Source of the DNA: a virus
Lineage: Duplodnaviria; Caudoviricetes
Reading direction: 5' to 3' (one strand)
DNA: 29,482 bases
IMG/VR virus record: IMGVR_UViG_3300037195_000888
Location: 1 to 29,482 of that record
Part shown: one piece after another, positions 9,142-16,586 of the stretch
How positions within the stretch are numbered: the stretch's first letter is position 1
Layout: every line of letters starts with the position of its first letter
Notes under the pieces: generated by a model
Database searches by the model: none
What the model was told of the DNA's origin: nothing
The model's input: only the letters and a program-made list of their open reading frames with translations
Position numbers and translations under genes: made by a program

Positions 9142-10701
9142 TTATAGGATGGATTTTAGCAACTTATCTCCTACTGCTTTTACAACAGGAACACTAACTG
9201 CATTCCCAAGTTGTTTATATCTTTGAGTATCTGATTGTCCTTCTGTCCATCCATCTGGGAATCCTTGCAGCCTCTCACACTCCATTGGAGTAAGCCTTCT
9301 AATCGATGATTTATTTACCATTGGAATATGCCCACCACCATCTCCCATCGCTTTAGTAATAGTCGGTGAAATACCATCTTTATCATATAAACCCCACCTT
9401 GTTGATTGTCCATACATACCACCAATTCTTTTTATTTTCTTTTCTATCATCACTCCATGTTGATCCTGTGCATTTAAAGTAAACATTTCATCTCCATCAT
9501 CTTTAATCCTTCTACCATTTTGGCCATGAAATCCTGTAGTTAATACTGGTTTTACTTGAATAAGCCCACCTTTTTTAGATGTATCAAGTGTAGGACTTGT
9601 TCCTTCTGACGAATAAACTCTCCTAGAAGATTCAAATTCCACTTCCTTTTCATATATATCTATAACCTGTTTATCATAAGTATCATCAAAGCCAAGCATT
9701 TCTTTTAATTGTAGCCATATCTCTGGTGAAGGTATTGTTCTATATGTATCTGACCTAAAATAATGCTCTACTTGTGTTTTGGGAAGTTCAAGTTGCTGCG
9801 CGATTTGCTGAATTGTACCTTTTTTATACTTTTTAAGATATTCATTTATCTCTGGTGGTGTATCATAAGTTCTTTTTTTAGCAATTACTTTAAGTTCTCC
9901 AACTTGATACAATCCTGTCTTTTCACCCATACCACCACCATTTTTAATAGTTCTAGCACATCCACTTGGATCATATACCCTTGTTGCTTCTGAATCTTCT
10001 CCTATTGTTCCGATTTGTTTTAATCCTTCCTGGATTAATGTATCACATCCACTTCTTGATTCTTTTGCTCTCAATGCCGTTGAATAATCTTTGCTCCGAA
10101 TCCCCTGCCCTCCTCCTTGTTCCTCTCTTTGTGGTTCAGCATCTTTTTCACCTGTTTCTCCGATAGGAAATACTTTTCGTCTGGATTCTCCTCTAAAATG
10201 TCCGACAATGTAAATCCGCTCTCTATTTTGGGGTAAAAACCAACGAGTATTAAGCAGTTGGCACTCAACGGAGTAATTAAGGTCGGCAAGAACTCTGTAA
10301 ATGATAGCAAATGTTCTTCCATCGTCATGGCAAAGTAAACCTTTAACATTTTCGAGAATAAAACAGGGGATTGGGTTCCCACTATCTTTGTAATATCGTA
10401 GAATCCGTACAATTTCAAAAAAGAGAGTACCTCTGGTATCTTCAAAGCCACCTCGAAGTCCAGCGATTGAAAATGACTGACAGGGAAATCCTCCACAAAG
10501 GATGTCAATGTGTTCTGGTAGGCTTTCACATCGAATATCTGTAACTGATCCGAGTTGTTCTGCATTTGGAAACCTCCTTTTGTATAGTTTGTTTGCATAT
10601 TTATCTATTTCAGAAAATCCAACCCAATCAAATTTAAATCCTGCCTGTTCTAATCCAAGATGGAAACCACCTATACCTGAAAATAAGTCCAGTAGTTTCA
10701 T
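9142..10701 (-). CDS. DNA (cytosine-5)-methyltransferase with expanded variable region
   Basis: Motifs I LFSGIGG, IV GGFPCQ, VI ENV, VIII QNRER, IX RRLTPMECERLQGFP, X YKQLGNAV; start at ATGA overlap with rusA (519 aa). Confidence 0.95.
   Translation of the reverse strand: MKLLDLFSGIGGFHLGLEQAGFKFDWVGFSEIDKYANKLYKRRFPNAEQLGSVTDIRCESLPEHIDILCGGFPCQSFSIAGLRGGFEDTRGTLFFEIVRILRYYKDSGNPIPCFILENVKGLLCHDDGRTFAIIYRVLADLNYSVECQLLNTRWFLPQNRERIYIVGHFRGESRRKVFPIGETGEKDAEPQREEQGGGQGIRSKDYSTALRAKESRSGCDTLIQEGLKQIGTIGEDSEATRVYDPSGCARTIKNGGGMGEKTGLYQVGELKVIAKKRTYDTPPEINEYLKKYKKGTIQQIAQQLELPKTQVEHYFRSDTYRTIPSPEIWLQLKEMLGFDDTYDKQVIDIYEKEVEFESSRRVYSSEGTSPTLDTSKKGGLIQVKPVLTTGFHGQNGRRIKDDGDEMFTLNAQDQHGVMIEKKIKRIGGMYGQSTRWGLYDKDGISPTITKAMGDGGGHIPMVNKSSIRRLTPMECERLQGFPDGWTEGQSDTQRYKQLGNAVSVPVVKAVGDKLLKSIL
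10071..10565 (-). CDS. Nested +1-frame gene inside the methyltransferase (beta-polypeptide-like, 164 aa)
   Basis: Open frame with AAGGAGGT SD 6 nt before ATG; C-terminus TLSDILEENPDEKYFLS...GRGFG is a C5-MTase-like segment. Confidence 0.75.
   Translation of the reverse strand: MQNNSDQLQIFDVKAYQNTLTSFVEDFPVSHFQSLDFEVALKIPEVLSFLKLYGFYDITKIVGTQSPVLFSKMLKVYFAMTMEEHLLSFTEFLPTLITPLSANCLILVGFYPKIESGFTLSDILEENPDEKYFLSEKQVKKMLNHKERNKEEGRGFGAKIIQRH
10572..10579 (-). promoter_or_regulatory. Internal Shine-Dalgarno for the nested gene
   Basis: AAGGAGGT-TTCCAA-ATG on the minus strand. Confidence 0.75.
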
Positions 10702-11138
10702 ATTTCTTCTATATTTTCCTTTATTTCTACCTCTGTTCTTGGGTGGTCGTTGTTCCAATCTAAATCCTCGCTATAAACTTTTATTGCTGATAATGCACAT
10801 ACCTGACTATCATCAATTATAAATGTCCTGCTTCCAATGCAGTCCAATATTAATTTGACCAAATTATCTATATCAGGTTTTACACTATGGAATACTGGTG
10901 CTTTTGCTTTTAATACATGGCTTCGTTTACCTGTTCTATAGTGTGATTTTGGTCTTGGCATATAGAATGTCAAATGTAAGGTAATATTCCCAGCATAAGG
11001 CTGATTTGGTTTGTATTTGGCTATTTGCAATAATATATCTTTCTTATCTTTGGAAGATGGATCATAATAGCCACCCCTTGCAGATGGTCTGTGCCTCTGC
11101 TGTTGCTTCGGCTTTCCTAATATCGTGAACTTAATCAT
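10698..11138 (-). CDS. rusA: RusA-family Holliday junction resolvase
   Basis: GKPKQQQRHR, KPDIDNLVKLILD, DDSQV motifs. Confidence 0.92.
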   Translation of the reverse strand: MIKFTILGKPKQQQRHRPSARGGYYDPSSKDKKDILLQIAKYKPNQPYAGNITLHLTFYMPRPKSHYRTGKRSHVLKAKAPVFHSVKPDIDNLVKLILDCIGSRTFIIDDSQVCALSAIKVYSEDLDWNNDHPRTEVEIKENIEEI

Positions 11139-11290
11139 TCAACAATACGAACCCAGCAAGGATTCCATTGACTATCCCCACACTCTGAATTACTTGCTTC
11201 AAGTGGTGTAACTGAACAGGATATTGTAATAGCACCGACCAGCATAAATAACATCCCAACTATAAATCCATTTTTAAAATTATCTTTCAT
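11135..11290 (-). CDS. Small putative lipoprotein (51 aa)
   Basis: Not in track. MKDNFKNGFIVGMLFMLVGAITISCSVTPLEASNSECGDSQWNPCWVRIVE; signal peptide and lipobox-like ITISC; ATGA overlaps on both sides. Confidence 0.7.
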   Translation of the reverse strand: MKDNFKNGFIVGMLFMLVGAITISCSVTPLEASNSECGDSQWNPCWVRIVE

Positions 11291-11760
11291 TTTTCTTCCC
11301 CTTCCATTTCTTTAGAAAACCATTCAGGAACATCTAAATACTTCTGTTCTTTTTGGTCCATTTTAATTAATCCATTACTATTTTCTTCATATACTTTACC
11401 ACTAAATATTTTATATAATTCATCAAAAGTTGTTATTCTTATTAATTTTTTATTTATATCATACCACTCTAATCTGTTGTCTAAATCTATTATTTTTATG
11501 ATATATAAGCCTGAAAATCTATCAAAATAACTCCAATCTATTGCATTATTTAAGTATTGTAAACTTTTATGTTGTGCTGATCTCATTTCTTTTTCATTTT
11601 CATTTTTAGATTCAAATATAATAAATCTTGTCATAAATTCCCCTGCTGCTGTTTTATAATGACACCTAACACAACCATCTATATCACATATAGAGAAATC
11701 ATGTTTATATTCTTTATTTAATTTTTCACTAATTCTATTATTATGCCAAGTTCCAATCAT
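11287..11760 (-). CDS. Putative PD-(D/E)XK nuclease
   Basis: DID...FIIFESK...Q motif; start at ATGA overlap with the upstream MTase (157 aa). Confidence 0.5.
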   Translation of the reverse strand: MIGTWHNNRISEKLNKEYKHDFSICDIDGCVRCHYKTAAGEFMTRFIIFESKNENEKEMRSAQHKSLQYLNNAIDWSYFDRFSGLYIIKIIDLDNRLEWYDINKKLIRITTFDELYKIFSGKVYEENSNGLIKMDQKEQKYLDVPEWFSKEMEGEEK

Positions 11761-12731
11761 AGTATTTTGTCTTTTATTGTTATTGCTATATGTTCCATGA
11801 ACTTCGGCATTACTGCATTTCCTATTCTGGACCATTGCTGATTGTATGAACCAGAAAACTTAAACTCTTTTGGAAATGTTGATAATATCTTTATTTCATC
11901 TATCGTTAATTGTCTTTCTATATGTTCTTTATTCCTTACTTTTAATGTAGGCACGACACCAAGTGTATAGCTTGGTCTTTTTGCTGTTTGCCATTGGTTA
12001 TTAAAGTGTTCATTTTTTTGTTCTTCTATATAAGTTTTCCAAGAATTTGTCTTTGTTATTGTTAAACAAGGCTTTGTAAATGCTGATTTTTGTATACTTA
12101 CTTTATTTTTTGAATAATTTGCCCTATATTCTATATATCCATCTTTATTTAAAACATCTTTCATAGTTATTATATTTTTTAATGGCTCTGGATAAATTGG
12201 TTCTTTATCTTTTGCCCCTATAAATATTAATCTTTCTCTTGATTGTGGAACCTCATAATACATTGAGTTCATCAACTTACACTTAACATTATATCCAGTT
12301 TCTTTCAAAGCAATCATTATTTCTTTAAATTTTCCTTTCATATTTCCTTTGACCATGCCTGATACATTTTCCATTACAAATACTTTAGGCTGTAATTCTT
12401 TGATTAACCTTATGTATTCATAAGACAAATCGTTTCTTTCATCTGATACATTTCTTTTTCCTATTGTTGAAAAGCCCTGGCATGGTGGTGATCCATCTAA
12501 TACATCAAGTTCCCCTGGTTTAAGTCCAGTAAATTCTAATATGTCTTTTCCAATTACTTCTCTTATATCTTTCTGCCATACAGGAACATCTGGAAAGTTT
12601 AATTTAAAAGTATCTACTGCATTCTGATCCCATTCGATTGCCAGAAGTTCTTCAAATCCTGCCCACTTATAACCAAGAGATGAACCGCCACATCCAGCAA
12701 AGGTTGATATTACTGTTGGTTTACCACTCAT
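11757..12731 (-). CDS. DNA (cytosine-5)-methyltransferase 2
   Basis: FAGCGG, GSPPCQGFS, ENV, QSRER, RQLT...STFP, IGNAV; start MSGKPTVIS. Confidence 0.95.
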   Translation of the reverse strand: MSGKPTVISTFAGCGGSSLGYKWAGFEELLAIEWDQNAVDTFKLNFPDVPVWQKDIREVIGKDILEFTGLKPGELDVLDGSPPCQGFSTIGKRNVSDERNDLSYEYIRLIKELQPKVFVMENVSGMVKGNMKGKFKEIMIALKETGYNVKCKLMNSMYYEVPQSRERLIFIGAKDKEPIYPEPLKNIITMKDVLNKDGYIEYRANYSKNKVSIQKSAFTKPCLTITKTNSWKTYIEEQKNEHFNNQWQTAKRPSYTLGVVPTLKVRNKEHIERQLTIDEIKILSTFPKEFKFSGSYNQQWSRIGNAVMPKFMEHIAITIKDKIL

Positions 12732-12780
12732 AGCCACACTCTGGACATTCATGCTGCATCTCTATATTTTCATCAAATTC
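12721..12780. repeat. 60-bp gene-junction repeat, copy 2
   Basis: See 8606..8665. Confidence 0.85.
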
Positions 12781-13149
12781 AGGTTGTACTGGTTCTTTGT
12801 GTTCTGGCAAATAATCATTACATATCTTATGCCAGGATGTGTCTTTTCCTTCTGGTAGTAATGCTAAATCAGGATACTTTTTAGCAAATTTTACTGCATT
12901 ATATAAAGTTCTTTCTTTTCTATTTATTAAGTTTGCAACGTGTTGCAAAGTTTTCCTTAATGTTGAACCACCCTGCACTATCTTTGGTTCGTCTTGAAGT
13001 ATCCGTAATCCAAGTAAATGATAACCTTCTACAAGTGCCCATCTACTTATATATTCTGCTTCTATTATTATTGAATTACAATCATCAATTAGCGACTGAT
13101 ACCAGTCTGTTTGTATTTCTTTTGCTTCTACTACTTCCAACTCATTCAT
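12721..13149 (-). CDS. Helical DNA-binding protein, DUF1016/YhcG N-terminal-like, with C-terminal CxxC
   Basis: LVEGYHLLGLRIL...ERTLYNAVKFAKKYP...SWHKI pattern; ends CPECGYEW. Confidence 0.5.
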   Translation of the reverse strand: MNELEVVEAKEIQTDWYQSLIDDCNSIIIEAEYISRWALVEGYHLLGLRILQDEPKIVQGGSTLRKTLQHVANLINRKERTLYNAVKFAKKYPDLALLPEGKDTSWHKICNDYLPEHKEPVQPEFDENIEMQHECPECGYEW

Positions 13150-13240
13150 CGTTATTCTCCTTTTTAAATAATCCGATTATTAAGATACCCCAAAAGACAC
13201 CTACCCAGCAGCCTATTACAAATATTAATATATCAGGCAT
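13142..13240 (-). CDS. 32-aa single-TM peptide
   Basis: Not in track. MPDILIFVIGCWVGVFWGILIIGLFKKENNDE fills the gap and overlaps both neighbours. Confidence 0.6.
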   Translation of the reverse strand: MPDILIFVIGCWVGVFWGILIIGLFKKENNDE

Positions 13241-14063
13241 TTGCTTTCATTTTATTTTTTGCTTTTTCATCTAATATTTTAGCAGAACAACAAGGTGATT
13301 CAAGTGTATCAGGATTGAAATTATATGGATCATAAAATGATGATTTTAAACACTTGCTGCACCATGCTAAATAGTTTTTTCCATCTGTGATCTTAAAATT
13401 ATGTTGTTTAGCACCATTTTTCTTATTAGTTCCATAATCAAAATTTACCCACCTTTGTAATCTTCTTTTAGTATCCCATGATGGCTGTAATTCAAATAGC
13501 ATCTTTCCCTTTTTTTCATTAGGTTCAGTCCAGTAAAGGAAGAACTCCTCAATAGTTTCCTTACCAAATTCTTCAGTAAAAGTTTGGCAGTGTATGTGAA
13601 AGTCCTTATTTCTTTTTTCTATATTATTATTTACTTTCTTTAATATATTTTCTTTTAGTTTACTTTTCTTTACTGCTTGAGTATCGCTTAACGATTGCTT
13701 GACCTTCGCTGAAGCTATACCACCTTTTCTACCTGCCTCTGCTCTTGCAATCTTCTTTTCATCAAGGCATTCCATCCTTCTTTTAAGTGATCTTGAATAA
13801 AACATACTCATTCCTTCAATCACAAATAAATCATAGTTAGAAACAATGTCTTCAATAACATTTAATTCAATTCTTAAATCAAATGCTATTCCTTCTAAAT
13901 CATCAAATAATAATGTGTAATCTGATTGTTCTCTTAATATTTCTATAATACCAAAATATGCTCCATATCCCTCCATCCCATATTTCATTCTAATTTTCAT
14001 AAGTCTCTGATCGTTCCGAGCATTTGAATCATGTGAAAAGTAATAAGCATCTTTAGCCATCAT
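13233..14063 (-). CDS. Replication initiator-like protein, DUF4373 (Lin1244/Lin1753) domain
   Basis: YYFSHDSNARND...KYGMEGYGAYFGIIEIL; GRKGG; EFFLYW C-terminal domain; Cys-rich tail. Confidence 0.75.
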   Translation of the reverse strand: MMAKDAYYFSHDSNARNDQRLMKIRMKYGMEGYGAYFGIIEILREQSDYTLLFDDLEGIAFDLRIELNVIEDIVSNYDLFVIEGMSMFYSRSLKRRMECLDEKKIARAEAGRKGGIASAKVKQSLSDTQAVKKSKLKENILKKVNNNIEKRNKDFHIHCQTFTEEFGKETIEEFFLYWTEPNEKKGKMLFELQPSWDTKRRLQRWVNFDYGTNKKNGAKQHNFKITDGKNYLAWCSKCLKSSFYDPYNFNPDTLESPCCSAKILDEKAKNKMKANA

Positions 14064-14220
14064 ATTCCTCCTGGCTGCAATAAACCATAACCCCTGACAT
14101 AATTGCTATAAAAAACATTCCAACCCATTCATGGTCAAATAAGTAATGATATATTGTTAATGCTGATGATAATACTAATATAGTGATTGATAATAAATAT
14201 GATATATATTGATGTTTCAT
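14053..14220 (-). CDS. Small 2-TM membrane protein (55 aa)
   Basis: Start reassigned to MKHQYISYLL; two hydrophobic helices. Confidence 0.6.
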   Translation of the reverse strand: MKHQYISYLLSITILVLSSALTIYHYLFDHEWVGMFFIAIMSGVMVYCSQEEYDG

Positions 14221-14240
14221 GTGAAACCCTTTCAAATTTT

Positions 14241-14272
14241 GAGGAGGGAGGAAAAAATAAACCTCCCCCCTC
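14241..14272 (-). promoter_or_regulatory. Intergenic 11-bp GC-rich hairpin
   Basis: GAGGGGGGAGG-UUUAUUUUUU-CCUCCCUCCUC; one G-U pair on the minus strand; no U-tract after it. Confidence 0.6.
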
Positions 14273-14293
14273 TGTGCATTACCGATTTTGGAG

Positions 14294-14467
14294 TCAAGAG
14301 CCTTTTGGCTTATCGGCAAATAATGAAATATCAGAACCATGTGGCAATGCAGCCAAGCCATCAATAAAAGAATTTGGTATTGATTTTACAATCTTTTCAA
14401 TTTCTTTAGATGCCTCCTCTTCTGTATCATGCCACAGGTCTATGAATATAGTTGCTCTGTATCTCAT
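14294..14467 (-). CDS. Hypothetical protein (57 aa)
   Basis: Not in track. MRYRATIFIDLWHDTEEEASKEIEKIVKSIPNSF...; TAATG coupling. Confidence 0.65.
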   Translation of the reverse strand: MRYRATIFIDLWHDTEEEASKEIEKIVKSIPNSFIDGLAALPHGSDISLFADKPKGS

Positions 14468-14733
14468 TAGAATGGTATCTCTTCTTCAACTGGTTCAGAT
14501 GGATTTTTATATTCACCTTTAGCAAGGCTGGTAATCTCTACTCGTAATTCTTTACTTGCATAGATTGTATCGTAATATTCACCATCCTTTTCCTGTGATG
14601 GAAATCCAACAAATGTACCATCATTACCACCTACCAGTTTAAATCCCTTGATTGTGAAACCTTCATCAGTTTCAATATCAAAGAATGCTATTATTTTACC
14701 CCAACTACCTTTATTCATTCTACTGATTTTCAT
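14467..14733 (-). CDS. SpoVG-family nucleic-acid-binding protein with SSB-like tail
   Basis: FTIKGFKLVGGNDGTFVGFPS...GEYYD SpoVG signature; ends EEEIPF. Confidence 0.8.
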   Translation of the reverse strand: MKISRMNKGSWGKIIAFFDIETDEGFTIKGFKLVGGNDGTFVGFPSQEKDGEYYDTIYASKELRVEITSLAKGEYKNPSEPVEEEIPF

Positions 14734-15259
14734 TTTCTTCTTTCTCCTGATTATCTATTCTTGATTGCATCTGTTTTAAAAACAGGTCTGTTTGTGACAA
14801 TGATTTAACATCTTTCCATTGTTCCTTAACTTCCTCCCTTTTACCATCAAAATAAGAGTCCTGTAAAAGTTTGGCAAACTTCTCAAGGTGGTTATCCGTT
14901 TTGACATAAAAAGAATTTTGCTGCTGATGTATTGCATTTTGGACTTCATTAGCACTTGCAAAAGAATCTTCAACACCAATACCCATACAGCCTAATGCCC
15001 TGCCAATAGCACTTGTTTCGCAATTTTCCAATGCACTTGTTTTATTGATTTGTGATGAACCTATTATTTCTTCAGCATGACCTGTAAAATACCTATTGAT
15101 GTTTTCAACATCAGGTATCACTTTTGCTTTAAAAATAAAGCTATCTGTTGTTGCTTTTGATTCAGTTATGATACACCCATTTGGATAATTTTCATTAAAA
15201 AATATTATCCTGTCTTTAACCATGACATAGTCTTTGCCATGTATTTTTATTTTCTTCAT
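14720..15259 (-). CDS. Single-strand annealing protein, Rad52/Sak-like
   Basis: KDYVMVKDR...TGHAEE...ENCETSAIGRALGCMGIG. Confidence 0.7.
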   Translation of the reverse strand: MKKIKIHGKDYVMVKDRIIFFNENYPNGCIITESKATTDSFIFKAKVIPDVENINRYFTGHAEEIIGSSQINKTSALENCETSAIGRALGCMGIGVEDSFASANEVQNAIHQQQNSFYVKTDNHLEKFAKLLQDSYFDGKREEVKEQWKDVKSLSQTDLFLKQMQSRIDNQEKEENENQ

Positions 15260-15268
15260 TTGCTCTCC

Positions 15269-15832
15269 TTAATTGCCTGTTGTTGTTTCTTTGATTAACT
15301 TCTTACCTGACTGCCCACCACCCGACAGAAACAGCCCAAGCCTTTTATTACGATGATAAACACCATTTTCAAAGTATTCCTCAAAGTGAGCCTTTGCTTT
15401 ATCAATTAACATCTTTTTTTGCTCTTTATCATTTATGTAGAAATCACCTGAATAATCTTCCCAACCTCTTTCATTTTTATTTGGGGAACTTCCACCATGT
15501 AGGTCAGGATTATGTCCTTTTGGCAGTACCCTGATTTCCGTAAATTGCCTATTGATATAAGCATTTAATTTATCACCAATTTTATTTATGTCTTTTTTTA
15601 TTGATGCAATATTTTTATCTATACTATCCATTCTATTTCCAGTTGTTCCCTCTCCATAACAAGAACTACAACGGATATTTTTACCTCCAGTTTCAGGTGG
15701 TTTCCCAAGTTTAGTTCGAGGTTTACCAGTTCCATCACATTTGATACATTCTATTACCAGTTGCTTTTCAATTAATGCAACATCTTTTATAAGATCATTT
15801 AGTGTTTTTTTATTTTCTTTTACCTTCTTCAT
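15269..15832 (-). CDS. Protein with DnaJ-type CxxCxGxG zinc finger and coiled coil
   Basis: CIKCDGTG and CSSCYGEG. Confidence 0.65.
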   Translation of the reverse strand: MKKVKENKKTLNDLIKDVALIEKQLVIECIKCDGTGKPRTKLGKPPETGGKNIRCSSCYGEGTTGNRMDSIDKNIASIKKDINKIGDKLNAYINRQFTEIRVLPKGHNPDLHGGSSPNKNERGWEDYSGDFYINDKEQKKMLIDKAKAHFEEYFENGVYHRNKRLGLFLSGGGQSGKKLIKETTTGN

Positions 15833-16039
15833 TTATCTCTCCTGATTTGGTTCGTTGTTGAATAGGATTTCCTTGCGAATCCCTAATACTTTACTAAATT
15901 TGTCTTTCATATTATCACTTAATTTTCTGCTGCCATTTTTAATAAGTGTATAATTGCACCGATGAACCCCTGCCTGTCTGCAAAGCCAGGCAGGGGTCCT
16001 ATCCATATCCTCCAATATTTGATCTATAATATCCAGCAT
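15833..16039 (-). CDS. Cro/XRE-like HTH regulator
   Basis: AWLCRQAGVHRCNYTLIKNGSRKLS...KFSKVLGI. Confidence 0.75.
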   Translation of the reverse strand: MLDIIDQILEDMDRTPAWLCRQAGVHRCNYTLIKNGSRKLSDNMKDKFSKVLGIRKEILFNNEPNQER

Positions 16040-16191
16040 TATTTAATCTTCCTGATAACACCCATAGCAACATCATATTCATACATCTGTGCATCATCAA
16101 TAGCACCTTCCAGTAAATCCTTGACCTTACCAAGTTTCTTCCGTTTTTTAGCAGGATCATTTCTTAATATCATTTTAGTTTTATCAGCCAT
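16039..16191 (-). CDS. Hypothetical protein (50 aa)
   Basis: Not in track. MADKTKMILRNDPAKKRKKLGKVKDLLEGAIDD...; GGAGG SD; TAATG coupling. Confidence 0.65.
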   Translation of the reverse strand: MADKTKMILRNDPAKKRKKLGKVKDLLEGAIDDAQMYEYDVAMGVIRKIK

Positions 16192-16194
16192 TAT

Positions 16195-16326
16195 TTATCC
16201 CTCCCCTTCATCTATACATTCATAACAAATACGAAGAAAATCATCGTGCATTTCTCTGCATAGAATTTTATATTCATCACAATCATTTAACTGGTTGCCA
16301 CATATATCACAATATATTTCAGCCAT
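16195..16326 (-). CDS. Small Zn-finger protein (43 aa)
   Basis: Not in track. CDIC...CYEC; AAGGAGGT SD. Confidence 0.7.
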   Translation of the reverse strand: MAEIYCDICGNQLNDCDEYKILCREMHDDFLRICYECIDEGEG

Positions 16327-16586
16327 TATGCAACCTCCTTATTCAAACAGCACTTTTTAAATTTCTTTCCACTATCACAAATACATCTATCATTCCTTCC
16401 AAGATGTTTAGTTTTTTCCTTCCATATCCGTTTTTCACTATAAACAATCTCTACATTTTCAGATGTGCTTATTAATACATCCCCATCCCAATCAGTTTCA
16501 TTAGAATATGATTCTAAAATTTCACTATCAATAGGTCTATCTGATACATAAGAACCATCAGTTTGCTCAATAAATTTCATTTTCAT
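16326..16586 (-). CDS. SEC-C motif protein
   Basis: GRNDRCICDSGKKFKKCC. Confidence 0.85.
   Translation of the reverse strand: MKMKFIEQTDGSYVSDRPIDSEILESYSNETDWDGDVLISTSENVEIVYSEKRIWKEKTKHLGRNDRCICDSGKKFKKCCLNKEVA

Noticed and set aside
10702-10758. N-terminal extensions given by the ORF track (also 11761..11835, 12732..12752, 14221..14364, 16850..16888, 22322..22420)
   Set aside because: Downstream starts fit stop/start overlaps, SD sites or domain boundaries better.
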